A stretch of 22,206 nucleotides of DNA from Candidatus Hermodarchaeota archaeon (GTDB lineage: Archaea; Asgardarchaeota; Lokiarchaeia; Sigyniarchaeales; SOKP01), in the NCBI GenBank assembly GCA_048885925.1, contig JBHLLG010000047.1, positions 1 to 22,206 on the forward strand, read 5' to 3'. This document shows, one piece after another, positions 8,682 through 17,593 of this stretch (position 1 is the first letter of the stretch; every line of letters starts with the position of its first letter). The translations under genes were made by a program, and so were the position numbers. The notes beneath the pieces were generated by a model. The model was given only the letters and a program-made list of their open reading frames with translations, made no database searches and was not told the origin of the DNA.

Positions 8682-8867
8682 ATGTCTGAATCAGAAGAAA
8701 AAAAGAAAGAAGCTTTCGCAAATGAGTTTATGGCCGAAGAGGGCTTAAAGGGAAAAGCTAGAAGAATAAAAATTATGAAAATTATTGATATGGTAGGATA
8801 TGATAAAAGAAAGATAAAAACAGCTCTTGCACGTTCTACTATTTCTGAAAGGATCCAACATGAATAA
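8682..8867 (+). CDS. Small hypothetical protein (61 aa)
   Basis: ATG TCT start, charged helical composition, occupies an otherwise empty intergenic gap. Confidence 0.7.
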   Translation: MSESEEKKKEAFANEFMAEEGLKGKARRIKIMKIIDMVGYDKRKIKTALARSTISERIQHE

Positions 8868-8978
8868 TTTCAATATTTATAAAAATATTTTTGAGTCAGC
8901 TTTACATTTTAATAAAATGGTAGTTTTATAAATCTAATAATAAATTGATATTGCCAAGAGAATCAAAGGAACTTAATT

Positions 8979-10268
8979 TTGATTGATATTGAATTATTTC
9001 GCACCAATCTTGAAAAAGTATTAGATTCAGAGAAGAAAAGGTTTAAGGATCCTTCAATTGCAGAAAAAGTTTTGGAATATGACATGAAATGGAGATCAAT
9101 TCTGCAAGAACTACAAGATTTAAGGGAAAAAAGAAACAAAATTTCAATTAAAATTGGTGAATTCAAAAAATCAAATGAGAACAAAAAGGCAGAAGAAGTA
9201 ATAAAGAAATCAAGAAAAATCAAAGAAAAGATTGATGAATTAGAAAAAATACGAGAAGATTACCTTGAACAACGAGAAAAATATCGTTATATGGTAGGAA
9301 ATATTCTCCATGATTCTGTTCCTATTGGTGAAACTGAGGAAGAGAATGAAATTGTTAGGATAATTGGAAATATACCAAAATTTGATTTTAAACCATTATC
9401 ACATTTTGATTTGATTGAAAAAATTGATGGAGTAGATACTAAAAAAGCTTCGGAAGTAGTAGGCTCGAGATTTTTTTATTTAAAAGGAGATCTTGTTTTA
9501 CTTAATTTAGCTCTTTTGAAGTATGCATTAGACAAATTATTAAGTAAAAATTATATCCCCATGTGGACTCCATTCTTTACAAAATATGAAGTAATGAAAG
9601 CAGCAGCAGAATTAGCAGATTTTGAAGATCAATTATACAAAATTCAGGATGAAGATTTATATATGATTGCAACATCTGAACAATCCCTAGCCGCTTATCA
9701 TTATGATGAAATAATAGAACCAGAAAGATTACCAATCAAATACGCAGGAATCTCTTCATGTTTTAGAAGAGAAGCAGGTTCTCATGGAAAGGATACTTTA
9801 GGAATATTTAGAGTACATCGATTTGAAAAAGTAGAACAATTTATATTTTGTAAACCGGAAGATTCATGGATGCATCATGAGGAATTAATAAAAAATGCTG
9901 AAGAAATTTATAAGGAATTAAAATTACCCTACAGAATTGTGAATATCGCTTCTGGAGCGTTAAATGATAACGCGGCAAAAAAATATGATTTAGAAGTATG
10001 GTTTCCTGCGTCAGAAACATACCGTGAATTAGTATCCTGCAGTAATTGTTTAGATTATCAAGCAAGGAAGTTAAAAATTCGTATGGGAAAAGTTGGTTCC
10101 CAAGAAGCAAAAGAAACATTGCATACCTTAAATTCAACTGCAATAGCAACTGAACGTACAATATGTTGTATTATTGAAAATTATCAAAACAAGGATCATT
10201 CAATCACGATTCCAGAGGTTCTACGCAAATATATGAATGGTAGAAAGATTATTAAGGCAATAAAATAA
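8979..10268 (+). CDS. serS: Serine--tRNA ligase
   Basis: N-terminal coiled-coil arm, ATSEQ, SSCFRREAGSHGKDTLGIFRVHRFEKVEQF (motif 2), KKYDLEVWFP, ELVSCSNC.DYQAR, TLNSTAIATER (motif 3). Confidence 0.97.
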   Translation: MIDIELFRTNLEKVLDSEKKRFKDPSIAEKVLEYDMKWRSILQELQDLREKRNKISIKIGEFKKSNENKKAEEVIKKSRKIKEKIDELEKIREDYLEQREKYRYMVGNILHDSVPIGETEEENEIVRIIGNIPKFDFKPLSHFDLIEKIDGVDTKKASEVVGSRFFYLKGDLVLLNLALLKYALDKLLSKNYIPMWTPFFTKYEVMKAAAELADFEDQLYKIQDEDLYMIATSEQSLAAYHYDEIIEPERLPIKYAGISSCFRREAGSHGKDTLGIFRVHRFEKVEQFIFCKPEDSWMHHEELIKNAEEIYKELKLPYRIVNIASGALNDNAAKKYDLEVWFPASETYRELVSCSNCLDYQARKLKIRMGKVGSQEAKETLHTLNSTAIATERTICCIIENYQNKDHSITIPEVLRKYMNGRKIIKAIK

Positions 10269-10280
10269 AATTTAAGTAAA

Positions 10281-11513
10281 ATGATTGAAAAAGAATTAGA
10301 ACAGTTTGAAAATTATTATAAAGAGCAACTTAATTCTAAATATTCTAAGATCAAGAAAATTGTTAATAAATTACTCTTAGAGATTAGAGAGAATTTGATT
10401 GAAATCAAAGTATGTTTAGATCACTTTTTAGAAACTGGAAAGGAAAAAATTGATCAAAAAGCACAAAGATCGTTAAACTTTTTTTCTGATAGAATAAGAA
10501 AAGAAATTGATGAAATCATAATTCCTGAAAAGGAAATAAATTACGAGGTAATTATGGATTTACTAAATTCTATTAAAAAATTATTTAATACAATTAATGA
10601 AATCGCTAGAAAATCGCTACCAAAGTTTCATAAAGAAGTTCAGGCAGAAATTAAAGAATTAAACTATATAACTCGAAAATTAGGGAAAAAGCAAACAACA
10701 TTAGATCAATTCATGAGAAAAAAGTATACTGAAGTGAAAGATGCTGAGGAGAATCTTAAAAAACTACCAAAACTCTTCCACCTAAAAGAAAATATAGAAC
10801 ATGCTAAAACGAATTTGGATCAATTTGAAAAAGAATTACAAGATCGTAAAAAAACCCAAGAAGAATTAAATTCAGAGTTAATAGAACTAGAAAAAAATGA
10901 ATTATTTAAGGAATTAGATGATAAAAAAGATGATTTGTTTCAATTACGATTAACAATTAATGATGAAATAGGATTTAAAAAAGCCTTAAAGAAATTAAAG
11001 TTTGAATTAGAAAAAGAAACAATTCATATTTCAAATGTTGATTTAAATTATATGAAAGACTTTCTTAAAAGTCCAATTAAAGCCTTAATTAATGAACGTA
11101 AAGATTTACCAAAATTTACAGCTCTTATGGTTCAATTACGTCATGCTTTGGAGGAAAATAAATTAAATCTCAAAACTGATACTAAAGAAAAAACAATAGA
11201 ACAGATAAATACAATTTTTGATACTAAGCAATTACATGAGAAAATTGAAAAATACATTCAAATTAAAGAAGAAGTTAAAGAAATAGATAAGAAAATTCAA
11301 GATGCAGGTTTAGCACAAAAATTAGAGGATCTTAAAAATCAAATTGCTGCAAATGCTATAAAATTAGAACATGTGGAAAATGATTTTGATAGAAAAAATA
11401 AGGACTATACTCGATATCTTGGAGCTCTTAAAACAGAAAGAGAAGAATTTCAGAACTCGATAGAGCAAGTATTAAATGATAAAGTTAAAATAAATATTAC
11501 TTTTTCTTTCTAA
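10281..11513 (+). CDS. Long coiled-coil hypothetical protein (410 aa)
   Basis: E/K/L-rich heptad character throughout; no Walker motif or TM segment seen; 12 nt after serS. Confidence 0.8.
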   Translation: MIEKELEQFENYYKEQLNSKYSKIKKIVNKLLLEIRENLIEIKVCLDHFLETGKEKIDQKAQRSLNFFSDRIRKEIDEIIIPEKEINYEVIMDLLNSIKKLFNTINEIARKSLPKFHKEVQAEIKELNYITRKLGKKQTTLDQFMRKKYTEVKDAEENLKKLPKLFHLKENIEHAKTNLDQFEKELQDRKKTQEELNSELIELEKNELFKELDDKKDDLFQLRLTINDEIGFKKALKKLKFELEKETIHISNVDLNYMKDFLKSPIKALINERKDLPKFTALMVQLRHALEENKLNLKTDTKEKTIEQINTIFDTKQLHEKIEKYIQIKEEVKEIDKKIQDAGLAQKLEDLKNQIAANAIKLEHVENDFDRKNKDYTRYLGALKTEREEFQNSIEQVLNDKVKINITFSF

Positions 11514-11517
11514 ATTA

Positions 11518-12249
11518 TTACTTGCGCTCTGTTATTTCAAAAGATCTGTTGTCATAAACACTTTTCTTTTTTAAAGTTAATTTAAGATTATTTTTTAAAA
11601 ATTTGAATACGTCCTTATGTGTTAATTTAAATGCTTTAAGATAGGTGTAGGCAAGAATCAAATCTTGCTTTATATCTACATCAAAACCAGCTCTAAAAGA
11701 ATCATATATTGCTATTTTATCTATCCCTATCTTTTCAGCATTGTTAAGTAGAGCAATTAAAGAAGGCGTAATCGGATCAGAGAAATAAGATGAGATTATA
11801 TTAGGTGGATTTCTTCCAAGAATAGAAATACCTGCAGAATGAATTGCAGGGCAAATGACAAGTTGATTTATTTCTAAAAGTGTGTTAATCTCATAGAAAT
11901 TTTTTGATGAAATCAATATCAAATCTAAAAAGCTAAATATAGTTTGTTTTGCATTAAATTTTTTAAATCCAATATTATTAAGATCGGCTATTACTTCGTC
12001 AAAAGATTTGGGAGGTGCTGTTATTTCTTCTTTTATTCCTGTTAAATCATAATCTTTTGCTAGATCTAATATTTCAGGAGCATTGCAATACACAATCTTC
12101 TTATCAAAACATTCGACTTCAGATAAAGTACTTCCAAGATCTTTAAACATAGCAATTGTTAATTCTTTAAGTTGTACATTGGAAAAACAATCTCTAAGAC
12201 GAGATTTTGTTCTTGCTAGTGGAGCAATAGGAATCAATAAAACACTCAT
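11518..12249 (-). CDS. cofC: CofC-like 2-phospho-L-lactate/PEP guanylyltransferase (F420 biosynthesis)
   Basis: LLIPI...TKSRL...L..AMFKD N-terminus, LVICPA...G, FDVD...DL C-terminal motif. Confidence 0.75.
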   Translation of the reverse strand: MSVLLIPIAPLARTKSRLRDCFSNVQLKELTIAMFKDLGSTLSEVECFDKKIVYCNAPEILDLAKDYDLTGIKEEITAPPKSFDEVIADLNNIGFKKFNAKQTIFSFLDLILISSKNFYEINTLLEINQLVICPAIHSAGISILGRNPPNIISSYFSDPITPSLIALLNNAEKIGIDKIAIYDSFRAGFDVDIKQDLILAYTYLKAFKLTHKDVFKFLKNNLKLTLKKKSVYDNRSFEITERK

Positions 12250-12331
12250 AATAATTGCTAAAACAATCTCTTGACAAAGAATGTAGTATTAAATTCAAAA
12301 ATAAATTTTAATATTTAAGATTATTTAGAAT

Positions 12332-12895
12332 CTATTTAAAAGTATTTAAAATCAATACTGCTAAGCTTTCAAATGCTTCATCAACATTCTCATTCAATTT
12401 TGCAGAGGTTTCGATGTAATTGACTTTGTATTTCTTTGCTTTTTCTTGAGCTTTTTCTACTTTAACTTTTCTTTCATTATTTCTATCAATCTTGTTACCC
12501 AAAATCATAAAAGGGATTTCTCCACTAAGTTCTTTAAGTTTGTTTACCCAGAAATCGATACTATCAAATGTGTCCTTTCGAAGGATATCGTAGATTACAA
12601 AAGCTCCAACAGCTTGGACGAAATAATATTCATTGGCAAAAAGTGCTTGCTTTTGACCTCCAAGATCCCAGAAATAGAGCTTAAATCCTTTTTCTTTAAT
12701 ATCGTTTTTCAATTTAGGATTTTTAAGATTTAATTTATCAATTACTTTCTTTAAATCAATTTCTTTAATTAAAAAGTTTGCTCCTATTGTTTGATGATAC
12801 TCATCACTAAACTGATCATCTACATATTGAGCTAATAAACTTGTTTTACCAACTCCAGGATCACCGCATAAGATTACTTTTCCACGATAAGACAA
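12332..12895 (-). CDS. Rab/Ras-superfamily small GTPase (Asgard type)
   Basis: G1 GDPGVGKTS, G2 YHQTIGANF, G3 WDLGGQ, G4 GNKID, G5 ETSAK; TTG start after GGGGGT. Confidence 0.95.
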   Translation of the reverse strand: MSYRGKVILCGDPGVGKTSLLAQYVDDQFSDEYHQTIGANFLIKEIDLKKVIDKLNLKNPKLKNDIKEKGFKLYFWDLGGQKQALFANEYYFVQAVGAFVIYDILRKDTFDSIDFWVNKLKELSGEIPFMILGNKIDRNNERKVKVEKAQEKAKKYKVNYIETSAKLNENVDEAFESLAVLILNTFK

Positions 12896-13011
12896 TAATT
12901 TATACCCCCTAATCTTTAAATTAAACTTTAACCTAATGTTCTAATTTTTGACTTTAATATTATATTATACTAATAGTTTAATATCATTTATTTTTATTTA
13001 AATTAGAAAAT

Positions 13012-13857
13012 TCAATCCTTAACTGAATTTTTTTTAGGCGTTAATTGTATTAATTTACACTCACTTGTAATGAAATGCTTGAATAGATGTTCATATCCTA
13101 CAATTTGTTTTGGGGTCCCATTTTCTAACCATAAACCTGATGTATATTCAGGTGCCTCTTTTACACTATCTAAGGTTGTGATTAAAAATTGATTATCAGT
13201 AATTAACAATCCAAAAGGAATAACACTATCTCCTTCAATTGAATGAATAACTATTGAGATTTTAAGCAATTTTTTTATTTCTTCTTTCAAATATTCATTA
13301 TATTTTAATGCTATAACAATTTGTATATCAGAAGAGAATTTTTTATTCCAAAGTTCTTTTAATACCCAATCATAACCACCTAGCTCTTGCATAAGCAAAT
13401 CAGGAGTAATTATAAAAAATATTCTTTTATCTGCTGAACTTATTAATTCTTTTACTTTTTTCCTAATTTTTGATCTTGAATTTATAGACCAAACCCGTGG
13501 TTCTGATTCTTCTTGATCAATTTCTAATTCAGCAATTACTTTTTCTAATGTTAAAGTTTCTTCTATTTTTTGCTTATATTCTTCACGTATCGCTTTAAAA
13601 ATTCTCTCTATGGGTATTACTTGGTAGTTAGCACCTCGTTTAACGGGTTCTTTCTGAATGAAGCCTTTTTCTATTAATCGATTCAATGAATCGTAAACTC
13701 GAGCTCGATCAACCCCAGACTGCTTTGCAATATCCGCTGGGCTTAAAATTTTAAACTTACATAAAGTTAGTAATACTTTTGAATCATTTTTAGTGAATCC
13801 TAATGATTGAAGTGCATCTTCAATATCAAATTCGTTTGAATTTTTATTTATAGACAT
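13012..13857 (-). CDS. TrmB-family transcriptional regulator
   Basis: LQSLGFT..DSKV...L, ADIAKQSGVDRARVYDSLNRLIEKGFI winged HTH, followed by a TrmB effector-like domain (LISSADKRI, LITDNQ). Confidence 0.88.
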   Translation of the reverse strand: MSINKNSNEFDIEDALQSLGFTKNDSKVLLTLCKFKILSPADIAKQSGVDRARVYDSLNRLIEKGFIQKEPVKRGANYQVIPIERIFKAIREEYKQKIEETLTLEKVIAELEIDQEESEPRVWSINSRSKIRKKVKELISSADKRIFFIITPDLLMQELGGYDWVLKELWNKKFSSDIQIVIALKYNEYLKEEIKKLLKISIVIHSIEGDSVIPFGLLITDNQFLITTLDSVKEAPEYTSGLWLENGTPKQIVGYEHLFKHFITSECKLIQLTPKKNSVKD

Positions 13858-14402
13858 TGTTTAAGAAAAACTATTTCATCAAGGTTATATGCTTTCTCTA
13901 TATTACACTAATCAAATAAGTACTATTTTAATTTTTATATTTGAAAAAGGTTTATAACAATAAGATTTTAATTTTTAACTATATCAAGTCTAGATTTATT
14001 TTATATTATAACGTTATGATGCTTGTAAAAATCATATAAATCAATTGGTCACGTTTTTTAAACAAAATTCTTTATCGAAATATGGATCATAGGAGAATTC
14101 AAAAAAAATTAGAAATCAAGTCTTTAGGAGGTCTAATTTGAATTTTCTATAATATCCGACTCATTAAGAATTTTATATAAATTAATTAATGATTAATAAA
14201 TTATCAACGAAAAAATTGGATTATTAATCGGAGCAAAATATCAAAAAATTGAGAAACCACGCTTTTACCTAATAAAAATTAAAAAAAAATTTTAGTCGGA
14301 AAAATTAATATCAAATTAATAAAACGATCTATTTTTCGATTGGATATGATCTCTTATTGGAAACATGAGAGATCCTTTCTCGCATTGATTCGAATCATAA
14401 CA

Positions 14403-14410
14403 TTTATATA
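14403..14410 (+). promoter_or_regulatory. Candidate TATA box of the histone gene
   Basis: TTTATATA about 75 nt upstream of the ATG; SD GGAGG at 14471-14475. The AT-rich background weakens the call. Confidence 0.4.
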
Positions 14411-14483
14411 ATAGAAATGTGTAGTTATACTTAATTAACATCTAAAAAATAAAATAATTAAATAAATAGTGGAGGAATAAAAA

Positions 14484-14732
14484 ATGGCTAAAAAAGCTCC
14501 AGCGAAAAAAGCACCTGCAAAGAAAAAAGCTGAAGGATATATAGCAAAAGCTCCTATCAGAAGATTGATGAAAAAGGAGGGTGCTGACTTAGTAGCTGCT
14601 GAAGCACTCGACAAATTGATTGATTTCCTTGAAGGTAGTGCTGCTGAAGCAACTAAAAACGCTATAAAAATCTGTAAGAATGATAAACGCAAAAGAGTCA
14701 CAGCTACGGATATTCGCAACGCGACTCGGTAA
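14484..14732 (+). CDS. Archaeal histone with a Lys/Ala/Pro-rich N-terminal tail
   Basis: IAKAPIRRLMKKEGA.LVAAEA...L...KRKRVTATDI histone fold; tail MAKKAPAKKAPAKKKAEG; strong SD GGAGG. Confidence 0.93.
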   Translation: MAKKAPAKKAPAKKKAEGYIAKAPIRRLMKKEGADLVAAEALDKLIDFLEGSAAEATKNAIKICKNDKRKRVTATDIRNATR

Positions 14733-14742
14733 ATACTTCAGA

Positions 14743-14776
14743 TTTTTTTCATCAAATAATTTTTTTTTCCTTTTTA
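14743..14776 (+). terminator. Oligo-T archaeal terminator candidate after the histone gene
   Basis: Several T runs (T7, T9, T5) within about 45 nt of the stop codon. Confidence 0.5.
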
Positions 14777-14841
14777 TTGATTTTATCTAACTTCTCAATA
14801 AGTTAATTCTAAGTATTCAACAAGGATTGATACTAAAAAAT

Positions 14842-15360
14842 TCAAAAATTTTTAAAAAACTCTTTATTTAAATACTTGAAAATTGTTTTTTCTAATTTTT
14901 GTTTAACAGCATCCAAACCCTCAGGTATGACTCGAGTTTCACCAACTATATCTATGAATCCTAGTTCAGAACCATATCTTGGAACTATATGAAAGTGTAA
15001 ATGTTCAATACTACCTCCTGCGTCTTTTCCTTGATTTGTACCAATATTATAACCTTTAGGATTGTATAAATCATCTAATAAAAATTGGATTCCTTGAATG
15101 GCTCTATTGATGTGAATTAATTCTTCTTTAGTTAATTCAATAAATTTTGTTATGTGCCTTTTAGTAACCACCATTAGATGTGCGGGATTATATGGATAGA
15201 GATTCAATACAATAAAGCATATATCATCTTCATAAATCTTTAAGGATTTAACCCGCTCATCATTATCTCTTACAGCACATAGGATACAATCTACATTTGG
15301 TCTCGCTTTTCCTTGAACATAATCTAATTTTCCTAATGCTTGGAGCCACTTTTCAAAAAT
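14842..15360 (-). CDS. HIT-family hydrolase (Ap4A/AMP-X hydrolase-like); the true start lies upstream of the track ORF, probably ATT at 15360
   Basis: NLYPYNPAHLMV, GYNIGTNQG..AGGSIEHLHFHIVPR HIT motif; the frame extends upstream through DCILC (Zn ligands) to ATT behind GGTGA. Confidence 0.9.
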   Translation of the reverse strand: MFEKWLQALGKLDYVQGKARPNVDCILCAVRDNDERVKSLKIYEDDICFIVLNLYPYNPAHLMVVTKRHITKFIELTKEELIHINRAIQGIQFLLDDLYNPKGYNIGTNQGKDAGGSIEHLHFHIVPRYGSELGFIDIVGETRVIPEGLDAVKQKLEKTIFKYLNKEFFKNF

Positions 15361-15390
15361 CTTTCTTCACCAATTGGTTATTAATTAAAA

Positions 15391-15939
15391 TCATGAATAA
15401 AGAGAAAAATTAGAGTCAGATTCGAAGTCTTTTGATTTTAGAAGATCTTCTGGTTTTATTTTACCTGCACAATATTCTCCTAAAATAATATGGCTATAAG
15501 CAGCACAGTTAAATACTTTTTTAATAGTTTTAAAAAAAGAATTTTTAGAAATTAATCCATCATCATTAAGAAATACTTGATCTGATATCTCATATCTATG
15601 ATTGTTTAAATCTATTCTATAAAAAACATTCTTCAAAAGAAAATTCTTCCTTAAATCCATGAAAAAATTCAATTTTTTATTACTTTCTAAAGAATTTAGA
15701 GCATTAACATGAGGTTCTGAAATTTGAATTCCTAAACTTACTACAATTAGATTTTTATTTTTAGGTTGAATAACGACCATATTTCTTCCAATTGGGCGAC
15801 CTAGTGGATCTTTTCCAGGAGGAAATATGAATTGAAATCCAAATTCAAGTTTAGGATCTGATATTTTATTTCGTAATAAACCTTCATCTAATAAATAATC
15901 TTGAATCTTTTGTTTAATTTTACTTTCTTGACTCGACAT
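15391..15939 (-). CDS. Conserved archaeal hypothetical protein, DUF2299-like
   Basis: KIQDYLLDEG...FGF..IFPPG N-terminus, ISEPH..AL, GLISKNSFFKTIKKV. Confidence 0.65.
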   Translation of the reverse strand: MSSQESKIKQKIQDYLLDEGLLRNKISDPKLEFGFQFIFPPGKDPLGRPIGRNMVVIQPKNKNLIVVSLGIQISEPHVNALNSLESNKKLNFFMDLRKNFLLKNVFYRIDLNNHRYEISDQVFLNDDGLISKNSFFKTIKKVFNCAAYSHIILGEYCAGKIKPEDLLKSKDFESDSNFSLYS

Positions 15940-16041
15940 CGTAATTCAGTAATTAAATGAATGTTAGAATAAGTATTAAACTTTATTTTCAAGGAAGTGA
16001 ACAGCTCTACTAATATCAAACTAAATAAATCTAATTAAAAT

Positions 16042-16395
16042 TTAATACTTCCCTTTTGGTCTACCTTGAGGTTTAATTCCTGCAGATTTTAACTTCTCAA
16101 TATTTTTTTTCAACTCTTCAGCTGAAGTGCAATATATGACTTTCAAGGTATCTATATCAATAAAGATACTACCTACAATACCTAAACCCATTAATTGATT
16201 ATTTTTTTCAATAAAAGTGTGATCTATATTCATTTTAATGGCTTGTTTACCACCCTCCAATTCAACAAGTTTAGGTTGGCATGCAGTATAACCAGTGCCT
16301 CTATTTTTAAGTAGATAATTCATTAATGCATAATCTAACTCATCATTAATTTCTCCTTGTTCTTCAAGAACCTTAATCACACTGGGATTTATCAT
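16042..16395 (-). CDS. Hypothetical protein (117 aa)
   Basis: Clean ATG-started ORF with globular composition, co-oriented with its neighbours. Confidence 0.75.
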   Translation of the reverse strand: MINPSVIKVLEEQGEINDELDYALMNYLLKNRGTGYTACQPKLVELEGGKQAIKMNIDHTFIEKNNQLMGLGIVGSIFIDIDTLKVIYCTSAEELKKNIEKLKSAGIKPQGRPKGKY

Positions 16396-16563
16396 TTTTC
16401 TGAAAGATAAAATTTTCTTCTTATATTTAAAATTAGTTATCTAATTTTTATTTTTTTTGTTAAGTTAATAGAATTAAAAAAAAGGTAAAGAGAAATTACT
16501 CTAATTCCAGAAATAAAGGATCGATTATCGAATTGGGTGTATTGTAAAAATCACTTCTTTATA

Positions 16564-16818
16564 TTAATCCTTTTCCTCCATAACAACCTCATCAACGCTA
16601 TGGAGAGCACAATTCAGTGAACCTAAAACTTCTGTTACTTTTTCAAGTGAAAGGTTAGTTCCTTCAATATTAACATGTAATGATGCAGTTTTTTGATCTA
16701 ATTCATCAACTTTAACGCGAACTTTTGTTACTCCATTAATTTCCATTAAAGTACGAGCTACTAAATCTACCCCTGGAGCGTGTGGTTTTAATATGTCTAA
16801 ATCGTACTGTACTCTCAT
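16564..16818 (-). CDS. DUF211-family protein
   Basis: LDILKPHAP...NGV..V.V...ELD..T......IEG......LHSVDEVV pattern. Confidence 0.85.
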   Translation of the reverse strand: MRVQYDLDILKPHAPGVDLVARTLMEINGVTKVRVKVDELDQKTASLHVNIEGTNLSLEKVTEVLGSLNCALHSVDEVVMEEKD

Positions 16819-16903
16819 TATTTTATATTAAACCCTTAAATATAATTATCCAATAAAAGTTGTAGTAGTAATTTTATTAATATTTTATTAATTTGTTTTT
16901 AAT

Positions 16904-17593
16904 TTATAAAAGTTTCCCAATTTCCTCTATTAGCCTTAGCGGGATTTCATTTTCTTTAATTATTTTATCTGCTATTTTGAGCGTTTCAATTTTCGCTAAT
17001 TTTGTATGCATAGCTATAGAATATGCTCCAATATTAATCGCAGCTTCAATATCACGAACATTATCTCCAATAACTAACAGTTCATTAGGATTAACATTTA
17101 ATTTTTTACATATATAATTTAAGTGGTCTGGGTGGGGTTTTAGGTTAGTAATGTTATCTCTCCCTACAATAATATTAAAGTAATTTAGGATATTAGTTTT
17201 ATTGAGGGAAATTTTAGCATTTTTTTGTGTATTGAATGTAAAAATTGCTTGTTTTAGGTTTTTATTCTTTGCAAATTCTAATACTTGATCTATTCCATTA
17301 ATTATTTTAGCATTAATAGCTGCTTCATATTCTATTTTACTAATCTCAGTATCTACTTCAGTTATAATTTGATTAATTTTTTCTTTAGTAAACCCTTCTT
17401 TTTCAAAAAATTCTCTTGCAGATTGCATATTTTCTAAAATAGAAATTTTTATGGTGAGGAGATTTTTAGGAACTCCATATTTTCTTAAAATTTCTATAGC
17501 TGTTTTACGGGCTCTTAAATAATCTATTTTAAAATGAATGAGAGTGCCATCCAAATCCCAGACGATTGCTTTGATCGGTTGTTTATCCTGCAT
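16904..17593 (-). CDS. HAD-superfamily hydrolase (phosphoglycolate phosphatase-like)
   Basis: WDLDGTL motif I, FTFN motif II, KPHP, IGDNVRDIEAA motif IV. Confidence 0.9.
   Translation of the reverse strand: MQDKQPIKAIVWDLDGTLIHFKIDYLRARKTAIEILRKYGVPKNLLTIKISILENMQSAREFFEKEGFTKEKINQIITEVDTEISKIEYEAAINAKIINGIDQVLEFAKNKNLKQAIFTFNTQKNAKISLNKTNILNYFNIIVGRDNITNLKPHPDHLNYICKKLNVNPNELLVIGDNVRDIEAAINIGAYSIAMHTKLAKIETLKIADKIIKENEIPLRLIEEIGKLL

Noticed and set aside
10281-11513. Coiled-coil protein as SMC/Rad50 or ESCRT-III
   Set aside because: No Walker A/B, signature or zinc-hook motif, and nothing specific for Snf7; only generic heptads
8963-12733. ORFs 8963-9223, 9841-10161, 12083-12274 and 12446-12733
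   Set aside because: Antisense to serS, cofC and the GTPase; their composition mirrors the sense codons
14435-14719. 94-aa hydrophobic minus-strand ORF
   Set aside because: Antisense of the histone; its Phe/Ala richness is the reverse complement of Lys/Ala codons
16490-16560. Possible structured RNA or second SECIS downstream of the DUF211 gene
   Set aside because: Only a weak AATTC/GAATT pairing, no AUGA/GA core with a proper stem, and no UGA-containing gene upstream
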